Assembly: GCA_965248355.1 (NCBI GenBank)
Contig: OZ252098.1
Coordinates: 320,001-384,000, forward strand
Length of the DNA stretch: 64,000 nt
Direction of reading: 5' to 3'
Source: Candidatus Latescibacterota bacterium
Lineage (GTDB): Bacteria; Latescibacterota; UBA2968; UBA8231
The translations under genes and the position numbers were made by a program. Shown here piece by piece: positions 37,616 through 47,018 of the stretch (the first letter of the stretch is position 1; every line of letters starts with the position of its first letter). The notes beneath the pieces are model-generated. The model did no database searches. It saw nothing but the letters and a program-made list of their open reading frames with translations, and was not told the origin of the DNA.

Positions 37616-39535
37616 CTAGTAGACGAGGGAGACGACCCGTTCCTTGGACCTGATTCCGAGGTCCGACTCGACCTCGACCCGCAGGATGTAGATCCCCGGC
37701 CCGAGGAGGCGTCCCCCGCCGTCGCGGCCGTCCCACTCCGCGCGGAACCGGCCGCTGCCGGCCGGTCCGCGGAAGACCTCCTCCACGGGCGAGCCCCGCA
37801 GATCGTAGAGGACGACGGCCACCTCGGCGTCACCCTCCACGTTCACCAGTTCGTACTCGAGACTCACCCGGTCGTTGATGCCGTCTCCGTTGGGGCTGAA
37901 GACCGGCGGCTCGACGGTGAGGGCATTGACCGTCCGCCGGCCCACCTCCGCCAGGCCGACGCTCAGGGTGTTGCTGTCGACGATCGGGTCCGCCTCGCCG
38001 GGGGAGACCACCTGCGCCACCTCCTCCGGACGCTGGCTGTCCATGACCCGGCCGGAAAAGACGGTGCCGAACCGGAAGATCCGGGAGCGGAAGTCGATCT
38101 CGATGAGCTCGCCGTCGCGGCTCTCGTCGACCCGGGGGATGGCGAGCTCGAAGCCCGACTCGTCGAGGCGAAGAACCTCGTAGGCCACGGGCTGGCCGTT
38201 GAAGCGCACGCCGTCGATGCCGGCCACGGTGGTGGGCGTGTCGATGAGGATGCGGTCGAACCCGAAGTTCCCGGAGCGCATGACAGGCGTCATCAGGTAG
38301 GTGAAGGGCGTCACCTCGTCGACGGAGGCCATGGTCGGGGTGATCTCCCCGAAGACCACGGTGGCCGGCGGCGGCCGGGAGACGGCGAACTGCAGGTACT
38401 GGAGGCGGGAGCCGGCGTCGACGGTGGAGTTGAAATCGGCGCGCACCTGGAGGTACCGGCGGGGCCGTGAGGCCTGGAAAGGCACGGTCCCTTCGGAGTG
38501 TTCGAAGGACGTGCTCCAACCGTCCCAGTTCTCGGTGTCCGGCGTGATCCCGGCCCGTTCCCGCCTGTCCAGGCTCTCGTATCCGCCCTTTGTCAGGGGC
38601 TGGCCTTGCTCGTCCAACCGGCTGGTGGACCCACTGCCGCGGAAGGTGTAACGCCAGTAGTTGTTGGGACCCGGATCGTCCCCGGCCCGCATGCGCAACT
38701 TCAGATCGGCTCCGGGGTCGACCTCGGCGGACCAACTGAGGTCCCCCAGCGCGGAGGGGCCCCCGAGGTCGATGACCTGGCTCACGTAGGCGGCCTCGGG
38801 CGTGTAGCCCCGGCCGTAGACCTCGATCTCGGCCATCTCCCAGATGCCCTGCGTGTTCTCGGCCAGCGACACGAGCAGTTCCTTCACCGGGTACTCGGGC
38901 AGGGCGGTCAGCTCGATGTGCCCCCGGGAGTTCTCGACGTCCTCGTAGACGATCTCGAACTCCCAGTTGCGGGCGCGGATGACCGGGCCGCCCCTTCTGC
39001 TGCGTTCGGCGTCGTTGAACCCGATGCGAAACCACTGCACGAAGCGGCTCGACAGGTATCGCTCGCGCGGATACATCACGATCCGCGCGATGGTGAAGGT
39101 GCCCGGGAAATCGAAGACGAGTTCCAGGAAGGGGTAGTGGTGGGCTCCGCCCCAGTGGCCGTCCCCGAGAAGCACGGTCTCGGGATCGCCGTCAAAGAGG
39201 ACGTCGTCTGCCTTGAACCCGGCCACGAAGCCGTGCGTAGCGTAGTTGAAGATGCTCCCGCCGATCTCCTCGAAGATGGGGGCCAGGTTTACCGTCGGGT
39301 CCAGCTTGTCCGGCTCCAGGGCGTCGGGCTCGAGCCCGTGCAGCAGATCGATGGCGCCGTGGTCGCTGTCGGCGGCGGCCTGCCAGTCCAGTTGCACGAA
39401 GTCGGCCCCCTCCGGCAGCTCGGGCGGAGGCAGAGTCGAGCCCCCGATGCGGTAGATGGTCAGCCCCTGGGCGGCGGTGCCAAAGCCCAGCAGCAGGGTC
39501 AGGGCCTGCGCGATGGTACGTCTCGTCCTGGTCAT
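37616..39535 (-). CDS. Secreted discoidin-like + FlgD-Ig C-terminal domain protein (paralog A2)
   Basis: Signal peptide, FDGDPET, AEIEVYGRGY..YVSQVIDLG, PRRYLQ, SPNGDGIND and WDGRDGGG..GPGIY. Confidence 0.8.
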   Translation of the reverse strand: MTRTRRTIAQALTLLLGFGTAAQGLTIYRIGGSTLPPPELPEGADFVQLDWQAAADSDHGAIDLLHGLEPDALEPDKLDPTVNLAPIFEEIGGSIFNYATHGFVAGFKADDVLFDGDPETVLLGDGHWGGAHHYPFLELVFDFPGTFTIARIVMYPRERYLSSRFVQWFRIGFNDAERSRRGGPVIRARNWEFEIVYEDVENSRGHIELTALPEYPVKELLVSLAENTQGIWEMAEIEVYGRGYTPEAAYVSQVIDLGGPSALGDLSWSAEVDPGADLKLRMRAGDDPGPNNYWRYTFRGSGSTSRLDEQGQPLTKGGYESLDRRERAGITPDTENWDGWSTSFEHSEGTVPFQASRPRRYLQVRADFNSTVDAGSRLQYLQFAVSRPPPATVVFGEITPTMASVDEVTPFTYLMTPVMRSGNFGFDRILIDTPTTVAGIDGVRFNGQPVAYEVLRLDESGFELAIPRVDESRDGELIEIDFRSRIFRFGTVFSGRVMDSQRPEEVAQVVSPGEADPIVDSNTLSVGLAEVGRRTVNALTVEPPVFSPNGDGINDRVSLEYELVNVEGDAEVAVVLYDLRGSPVEEVFRGPAGSGRFRAEWDGRDGGGRLLGPGIYILRVEVESDLGIRSKERVVSLVY

Positions 39536-39545
39536 GATCCCCGTC

Positions 39546-42532
39546 CTAGAGACCCGCGTATACGGTGACGAAGGCCAGCCCCGCCGTGCGCTGCTCGAGG
39601 TCCGCCTCGACGACCTCCAGGGAACGCCGGTCGAATCGGAGTCCGACCTGGGTGGTGACGGCGTAGCTCTTCCAGGGCCTGCGATTGGCCAACTGAACGG
39701 CGTACACCACGCCGCGGAAGTCCCCGGTCAGGGTGCCGGGCGCAAGCTCCTCCTCGTCGGCCCGCAACTCGGCGAACTGGCGCCCCTCGATCCCGAACTC
39801 GAGGTGGGTCCGTGCCATGAAGGGCATGCGCACGAGCAGGGAGGCGATGCCGTCCCAGGATCGGCGCCGCCTCTCGTCCCGGGAGAAGGGCACCTCGTTG
39901 CGCCACTCGCTCTTGATCCGCGGCGACAGGGACAGCCGCCCCACCTGAAAGGCCAGGTCCGCCTTGCTGATGAAGCCGGTGAAGCCGGAGGTCTCCCGGC
40001 CGTTGCGGGCCTCGGGCCCGAGGGGGTCGAAGAGCACCACGGGCTCTCCTTCCTCGTCCAGCAGGGCGGCGCCCTCCTCGTCGACGGCGAAGGTGGGCTC
40101 CGCGTTCCGCTGCCGCCACCAGTCCCACTTGACCCGGTGCCGCGTCGACCAGCCCCGTGGGCTCGCGTAGCTCCAGTCGGCGGCCAAGCTGTTGATCCAG
40201 GTGTCCTGGGCCGCCAGGGGGTCGCGCCGGGGAATGCTGACGCCCACCGACTGGCCGGCGGCTCCGTAGTCGAGACTGGGCATCATCCACAGGTTGACGG
40301 GGTCGGGGATCGTGTCCCGGGCGAGCTTGACCATGTCGAAGAGCTGCAGCCGTCCCCATCCCGGATCGTCCCGCACCAGCTCGACGAGCCCGTACGGCGT
40401 GCGGTTGGAGCGGTCGGCGGTGCGCAGGTCCTGGCGCAGGTAGCCCGCCGTGAGCTCGAGGTCGGGGTTGACGCGAAGGGTGCCGTGGGCGTTGTAGCCC
40501 CAATGGCCCTTCTTGTAGGGATAGTCGGGGAGGTCGTCGTTCTCGAAGCGCTCGGCCACGCCGTTGTTGTCGAGATCGATGCCGAAGAGGAACTCCGGCC
40601 GGTCGCTGTTGTGGCGCAGGAAGGGCTCCTCGTAGTCGGGGAAGTAGTTGTCCTGGTCGCCGTTGCTGTTCTGGTTGAAATCGGAGATGAGGTCCCCGTT
40701 CTCGTCGTAGCCTGGGAAGACGGCCGGGTCGGCGACACCCACCGGGGTTTCCAAATGGCCCCTGACCGACGTCCCGCGAGGCCGGATGAGTCCACCGTGG
40801 AACTTCCGAGCCTGGTCGGGGTGCCGGTCCTGGTCGTCGTTGTCGTCGACGAAGTCGTAGATCCCCTCGGTCGCCTCCGGCGAGTAATCGATTACGGGGG
40901 TGTCGACCGGCTTGATGCTCGTGGAGTAGGCGTCGTCCATGCCGAAGCCCTCGACGAAGAGCCGCCACGGTCCGGCCTTCTTCGACAGGTTGACCTGGAA
41001 GCCGAGGGCGTGCTCGTCGCCGACGATGCCCGAGAAGCTGTCGTGCTTCTCGAGAAGCGTGCTGGGATACTGGCGGACACTCGTGCTCAGATTGAACTCG
41101 CCGTAGAAGTCGAAGCCCGCCAGGTCGCGGATCTCCGCGGTCAGGCCGGCGACCTGTGTCGCCGTGGGCAGGCCGTAGTCGAAGACGACCTCCTCCGGGT
41201 TCAACTGGTTCTTGACGTTGCCCGTCGACCGCGCCACCTCGAGGAACTGGGGGACGTCGTGGCGGTCGATCTGGCGGTCGGAGGCGACCTCGATGGCGTA
41301 GTCGTTGGCCAGGCGCAGGCGGAAGCGCACGTTCCTGACCCGGGTGACGGCCTCGTCCGCTTCGTCCAGCTTGAGATCGAGGGCCCTCTGCAGCAGCAGC
41401 CTGAAAGTCCGGCGGCCTCGGATTCCCCCTCTTCCGGGGCCAGGGTGTAGTACATGGTAATGCTGTGCTGACCGTCGGCCCGTCGGAAACCGTCCCGTAC
41501 CTCTCCGCCCTCGATGGTGGGGTAGAAGCCGATGCCCCGGCCGCTGATCGTGGTGTCCCGGAGGACGCGCTGGGTCCCGCCCTCGACGTCGACGTCGTGC
41601 CACAGGGAGGTGGTGATCTCGATGTCGGAGTCGAAGAGGATGGGCCCGCCCTCGCCATCCTCGGGCGAGTCGTCCCGCAGCCGCACGAGGAGCAGGTTCA
41701 CGCGGCTGCTCAGTTGTCTTGTGGTCAGGGCCCCTCTGAAGGGATTGCCCTGGAAGGAGTCGCGGATGCCTGCCGCGTTGTGGGCGTTGACGAAGGTGGC
41801 CCCGAGGGTCAGGAAGTCGGTGACGTCCGCCTCGAGACGCCCGGCCATCAGGTTGGTGTAGTTGCTCTGGGGGACGGAGGCGATGCCTCCGAAGATCCGC
41901 ACCACCGGGTCGGAGGGGCGGGCGAAGAGCCCCGTGGCGCGCAGGCGGTTGGACGCGAAGTCCGTCATGACGCCGCTGAAGCCGGCCTTGCGGAACGTCA
42001 TCGGCGTCAGGCTCGCGAAGATCTCGTCGCCCACGGTCAGGGAGTAGCTGTTGTCGCCTGTCGCGTCGGAGGAGATGATGAGGCGGTCGAACCATCCGTC
42101 GTAGCGCCCGAGCTTGGTGATTCTGCTGCTGTCAAGGGTCCGGGCCTGGGTCTGGCGCCAGTCGTAGACCAGCCACCCCCGGGTAACGAGGTTGCCGTAG
42201 TAGTCGTAGAAATACTCGCCCTCCTGGGCCTGACTCACGTACGGCAGGTAGGGCTGGCGGGCGTAATTCGTGTACGACCACTGGCGCCGGCCGTACTCCC
42301 GGAAGAGCTCCTGCGGCAGGTACCACCGCTTGATCGTCGGGTCGAGGGTCTTCATGAGCACCCTCGGCCCGGTGACGCTGTACTGGGAGGGGCCCCGCTC
42401 CTGCTCCCCGAGCCGGTGGCCGTAGTCGAGCTGGGCGCCCGCCGCGACCGAGGTGCCGGCCAGGAGGAGGAGGACGAGGAAACCCCTGCCGGAGTCGTTT
42501 TGCCGGATTCCATCCATGGCGTGCATCCTCAT
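39546..42532 (-). pseudogene. Large exported Asp-rich putative outer-membrane protein (paralog B2), frameshifted near 41409
   Basis: ORFs 41201-42532 and 39546-42095 match the N- and C-halves of 44194-47007 colinearly. A single missing base at GCC GGA CT explains the frame change. Confidence 0.75.
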
Positions 42533-44193
42533 CCCTCGATCCTCCGAAGCCGATCCTCGAAGACCTGCACCGGATACTCCTCGCGCAGACCGCGGACATA
42601 CTCCGTGTACCCGCGGTTGGCCTTGCCGATGCGCACGTAGGCCCTGGCGCGGCGCTCCGATTCCTCGTTGTAGGGATCCTTGTAGGCCTCCCGCTCCAGC
42701 ACCTTGAAGACCGAATGCCCCATGGCTACCTCGAAGGGGCCTCCGACGCCGCCGACCTCCACCTCCTGAACCTTCTCGGCCAGGACGGGGAAGAAGCTCT
42801 GGGTGAAGACGCTGACGTTGAGCCGGCCGTCGTGATGGGCGGCCCCCGGGCGCAGGGTATGCTCCGCCGCCAGCGCCTCGGCGTCGGCGCCCTCCTCCAG
42901 CTCCCGCCGGAGGCGCATGGCCATGGTGTCGGAGGCGACGACGATCTCGACGATGGCCGTGTACTCCGGCCGGGTGAACTGGTCCGGGTTCTCGTCGTAG
43001 AACCGACGGGCCTCTTCGTCGGAGGCGCGGACGTGACTGGTCACCTCGCGGCGCCGCAGGGCGGTGACGAGCAACTCCTGCCGCTTGAGGTCCACGGCCT
43101 TCTGGAAGCCGGCGTCCTCCCGCAGCCCGGAGGCCTCGATCTCGGCCTCGATGAACAGCTCGGAGAGGATCCGGTCGCGCAGCAGTTGCGCGATGGCGAG
43201 GCTGTCCGCCTCTCTGACTTCCTTCACCTTTGCCCGGCGCGCCATCTCGAAGAAGCCTCCCACCGTGACCTCGCGGTCGCCGTAGGTGGCGATCACCTCC
43301 CCCGCTTCCGAGTCGCTCAGGTCGGGGCCGGTCTCTGCGGCCTCGGAGATCCGCTCCGCCAGGAGGCGCACCGTCGGCCCGCGCACCTGGACGGGGTAGA
43401 CGGACCGCAGGGAGTCGAGGTACTCCAGCATGCGCTCGTCACGCTTGCGCAGGGCCACCTCCTCGACGACGATCGCCTCGGAAGCGCTCAGGGGGGAGGG
43501 CACCTCGTCGAGAACCATGTAGATCACGTGGAACCGGCCCTCGCGGCCCAGGGTCTCGCGCAAGGGCTCGGTGAAGGCTCCCACCTCGAGGTCGGCGGCA
43601 GCCGTGCTGGCCTCCGGGGGCATCAGGTCCCGGACGAGATAGGTGCCGAAGTCTCCCCCTTTCGGGGCCGTTGGCTCGTGGACCGAGTGTTTTCTCGCCA
43701 GGGCCTTGAAGTCGGCTCCAGCCTTCAGGAGGGCGTGAATCGAGTCCGCCGCGGCCGGCTCATGCAGCATGATGGCGCCCAGCCGCAGGGCCCGGTGGCG
43801 CCCGGTGGCGCGATGGTGCGCCTCCACCTCTTCCGGGGTGATCGTCACCCGGCGGGCGATGTACTCGTGAAAGTGCAGCTTGCGCAGGTACCTGTGCTCG
43901 AACTGCTCCAGGTCGGCCTGCACCTCGGGATCCGAGTCGACCCCGGTGTCCAACGCGGCCCTCAGCAGCAGCTCCCTGTCTACCAGGCTCTCCAAGAGCT
44001 GGCGGTCCCTCTCGTAGGGCGTCTCCCCTTCCTTCATGCCGTCCGGGATGGGCTCGGCGAAGGAGCGGAACTCGGAGAGGGTGATCGGATCTCCGGCGAC
44101 GGTGGCCAGGACGGGCTCATCCGGATCGGAACCGCACCCGGCCAAGGAGATGACAAGGGCCAACCCGGCCGCCGGTACGAGCGGGCGCATCAT
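42529..44193 (-). CDS. Lipoprotein peptidyl-prolyl isomerase (SurA/PrsA-like, two parvulin domains)
   Basis: Lipobox LAGC; GADFKALARKHS..GGDFG and GADAEALAAEHT..GHSVFKV. Confidence 0.85.
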   Translation of the reverse strand: MMRPLVPAAGLALVISLAGCGSDPDEPVLATVAGDPITLSEFRSFAEPIPDGMKEGETPYERDRQLLESLVDRELLLRAALDTGVDSDPEVQADLEQFEHRYLRKLHFHEYIARRVTITPEEVEAHHRATGRHRALRLGAIMLHEPAAADSIHALLKAGADFKALARKHSVHEPTAPKGGDFGTYLVRDLMPPEASTAAADLEVGAFTEPLRETLGREGRFHVIYMVLDEVPSPLSASEAIVVEEVALRKRDERMLEYLDSLRSVYPVQVRGPTVRLLAERISEAAETGPDLSDSEAGEVIATYGDREVTVGGFFEMARRAKVKEVREADSLAIAQLLRDRILSELFIEAEIEASGLREDAGFQKAVDLKRQELLVTALRRREVTSHVRASDEEARRFYDENPDQFTRPEYTAIVEIVVASDTMAMRLRRELEEGADAEALAAEHTLRPGAAHHDGRLNVSVFTQSFFPVLAEKVQEVEVGGVGGPFEVAMGHSVFKVLEREAYKDPYNEESERRARAYVRIGKANRGYTEYVRGLREEYPVQVFEDRLRRIEG

Positions 44194-47007
44194 CTACTCG
44201 AGTCCCGCGAAGACGGTGATGAAGGTCGTCGTCTGGGTGCTCCCCCGGTTCTCGAGGATGAAGGAGCCCGGGCGATCGTCCTCCTCGACGACCTGCTCGG
44301 TGAGAATGCGCCCCAGGCGCAAGCCGACCTGGGTCGTGAGCTTGTAGCCGAGGTAGTCGGAGGTCGTCGACAGCTGGAAGGCGACGTTGGTCGAGCGCCA
44401 GTCGCCCGTCTCTCGCTGCAACGCCTCGGCGAGAAGGGCATCCTCGTCCTGCGCCAGGTCGCCGAACCAGAGCTGCTCCAGGCCGGCTTCGATGACGGTG
44501 TGGCGCATGACGGGCAGGCGTCCGATGAGTTGCAGGGTGAAGGTCCAGTCCTCCCGCCGCGGTTCCACCTGGGCGAAGGCCTGGCGTCTCAAGTACTCGT
44601 TCTTGATCCGCGGCTGCAGGTCGAACCGTCCCAGGCCGAGGGTGTAGTCGGCCTTGTTGATGAGACCGAAGAGGTCGGTGTCGCTCCGCAGGCGCCGGCC
44701 GTCGTTGTCGCGCGGGCCCTCCTTGTTCTGCCGGTAGGTCTCCCACTTCAGCTTGTGCACCATCCGGAACCGGGGGACGCCTTCGAAGGTGAGCTCGGCG
44801 TAGGCCGAGTTCACCCAGGTGTCCTGGGCGGGCAGGATGTCCCGCACCAGGGGCTGGATGGTGAGCGCCAGGACATGGGGGGTGGGCTCCCGGCGGTCGT
44901 CGGGGATCGTGTCACGGGCCAGCTTGAGCATGTCGAAGAGGCGCAGACGGCCGAGGCCCGCCTGCTGCCAATCGACGGTGAAGAGGGCGTAGTTCGTCTG
45001 GTTCGCCGCGTCGGAGGAAGGCGACTTCTCGTCGGTGCGGCCCAGGGAGAGCCGCGCCCACGGGGTCAGGTGGTAGCCGCCAAAGGCGTTGTAGCCCTGC
45101 CGGTCGGGCTTGTAGGGATAGTCGGGCAAGTCGTCGTCCTCGAACCGGTCGATCCAGTCGTTGTTGTTCAGATCGATGCCGAAGAGGAACTCCGGACGAT
45201 CGACGCGATAGCGGAGGAAGGGTTCGTCGTAGTCGGGGATGATGTTGTTCGCGGAGGCGTTGTCGTTCTGGTTGAAGTCGGAGATGAAGTCGTTGTTCTG
45301 ATCCCACCCCGGGTAGATGGCCCGGTCCCTGGACGCGTCGAAACGGATCCAGTCCGGATAGCTGTCCTGGTCGTCGTTGTCCTCGACGAACTCGTAGAGA
45401 TACTGCTGGGTGTCGTCGTAGACGGTGTTGCCATCGTTGTTGACCAAGTAGGCCGTGGTCGAGTAGGCGCCGTCGATGGAGTAGGCCTCGCCGAAGGCGA
45501 ACCAGGGATACTCTTCCCGCGACAGGTTGACGTACCAGGCGTCGGACGACTCCGACGCGATCTTGTGCTGCTCCCGCAGATTGAAGAGCTCGGCGTTGGG
45601 ATACTGGGAGTAGCGCTTGTTGCGGTCCCACTCCCCGTAGAAGTCGAGGCCGAAGAGACCGGTCCCCTCGATGGTGAAGCCGCCCACGAAATTGGCCGTG
45701 GGCAGTCCGTAGTCGAAGCGGATGCGCCGCAGGTTCGTCAGGTCGGCGACGTTGCCCTCGGCCCGGCGCAGGGTGAGGAGGGCGGGCCGGGCCTCGTCGA
45801 TGACCTCCGAGGTGAGCGGCGCCCGAGGAATGCCCCGGCGGGCGCTCTGCCGGTCGGACCACAACTCGATCTTGTAGTCGTTGGCCAGGACGTAGTCGAA
45901 CTCGATCCTGACGATCGTCGTCGGATCGACTCCCGCGGGCGGGGCGAAGGCCGGGTCGTTGAAGTCGTAGTTGAGGATGATGCGCTCCTCGCCGTCGGCG
46001 GCGAGGAAGCCGGAGCCCGGGGCGCCACCGAAGACGATGGGCCACTGGCTGCCGGGGCGCACCACGTCGCTCAGGGTATAGACCGTCTCGGCCCCCGTGT
46101 CGAAGTTCCGCGCCGTGATGCGCACGTCGTGGCTGAAGAGGGCGGCGCCTCCCCTGCCGTCCTCGGGCGAGTCGTCGCTCAGCACGACGGCGATCGCCGT
46201 GAGGGGGGCGGTGCTCTGCCCCGAGGTCAGGTTGCCGGCCACCGGGTCGCCGTCGAACATGTCGAGGACGGTGTTGCCGTTGGTGGCGTTCACCACGGTG
46301 GCGCCCAGGAGGATGAAGTCGCCCACCTGGAAGGTGGCGCGGCCTCCGAAGAGGGAGGTGAGGTTCGTCCGCCGGGTCGGCGCGGTGACGCCCGCCAGGC
46401 CCTGGGAGGAGCCCCTGATCGGTTCGCTGATGCGCGACGACAGGACCGTGGCATGGTACTTGTCGGAGGAGAAGTCGATCTGCACGCCGTTGAATCCGGG
46501 CTTGGAGAAGGTCATCGGCGTCAGGGTGGTGCGGATGCGGTCTCCCACGGTGATGGCGTAGGAGTACTGCCCCTGGGAGTCGCCGCTGATGGTGACCGCG
46601 TTGAACCAGGAGTTGAAGCGGTTCGCCTGGAAGATGCCGCTGCCCTCGGACTGGGGCTGGAACTGCCGCCAGTCGTAGATGAGCCAGCCGTGGGTGGTGA
46701 AGTTGCCGTAGACGTCGTAGAAGTAGTCGCCTTCCCGGTTCGTTCCCACGTAGCGCTGGTAGGGCTCCCGGGCGTAGTTGGTGTACTCCCACTGCCGCCA
46801 GCCATAATAGTTGAAGAGCTCCTGCGGGATGTACCACTTCCTGATCGAAGGATCGAGGGCCCCGAAGAGCACCCCGGAGCCCTGGGGCGCGAAGCTCACC
46901 TCGCCCCCGCGCTGGAGGCCGAGCCGCGTTCCGTAGTCCTGCTGGCCGAGCACCGGGGCGCCGGAAAGCAGCGCGGCGGTGACGGCGAGAAGCCTGATTG
47001 CCCTCAA
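44194..47007 (-). CDS. Large exported Asp-rich putative outer-membrane protein (paralog B1)
   Basis: TTG start with AGGAGGAG, signal peptide, aromatic N-terminus, DNDDQD/DQNND/DLNNND motifs and amphipathic beta-strand C-terminus ending FITVFAGLE. Confidence 0.8.
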   Translation of the reverse strand: MRAIRLLAVTAALLSGAPVLGQQDYGTRLGLQRGGEVSFAPQGSGVLFGALDPSIRKWYIPQELFNYYGWRQWEYTNYAREPYQRYVGTNREGDYFYDVYGNFTTHGWLIYDWRQFQPQSEGSGIFQANRFNSWFNAVTISGDSQGQYSYAITVGDRIRTTLTPMTFSKPGFNGVQIDFSSDKYHATVLSSRISEPIRGSSQGLAGVTAPTRRTNLTSLFGGRATFQVGDFILLGATVVNATNGNTVLDMFDGDPVAGNLTSGQSTAPLTAIAVVLSDDSPEDGRGGAALFSHDVRITARNFDTGAETVYTLSDVVRPGSQWPIVFGGAPGSGFLAADGEERIILNYDFNDPAFAPPAGVDPTTIVRIEFDYVLANDYKIELWSDRQSARRGIPRAPLTSEVIDEARPALLTLRRAEGNVADLTNLRRIRFDYGLPTANFVGGFTIEGTGLFGLDFYGEWDRNKRYSQYPNAELFNLREQHKIASESSDAWYVNLSREEYPWFAFGEAYSIDGAYSTTAYLVNNDGNTVYDDTQQYLYEFVEDNDDQDSYPDWIRFDASRDRAIYPGWDQNNDFISDFNQNDNASANNIIPDYDEPFLRYRVDRPEFLFGIDLNNNDWIDRFEDDDLPDYPYKPDRQGYNAFGGYHLTPWARLSLGRTDEKSPSSDAANQTNYALFTVDWQQAGLGRLRLFDMLKLARDTIPDDRREPTPHVLALTIQPLVRDILPAQDTWVNSAYAELTFEGVPRFRMVHKLKWETYRQNKEGPRDNDGRRLRSDTDLFGLINKADYTLGLGRFDLQPRIKNEYLRRQAFAQVEPRREDWTFTLQLIGRLPVMRHTVIEAGLEQLWFGDLAQDEDALLAEALQRETGDWRSTNVAFQLSTTSDYLGYKLTTQVGLRLGRILTEQVVEEDDRPGSFILENRGSTQTTTFITVFAGLE

Positions 47008-47018
47008 GCTCGCTCCTC

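Noticed and set aside
34919-38470. 1183-aa plus-strand ORF
   Set aside because: Antisense shadow of A3 and A2.
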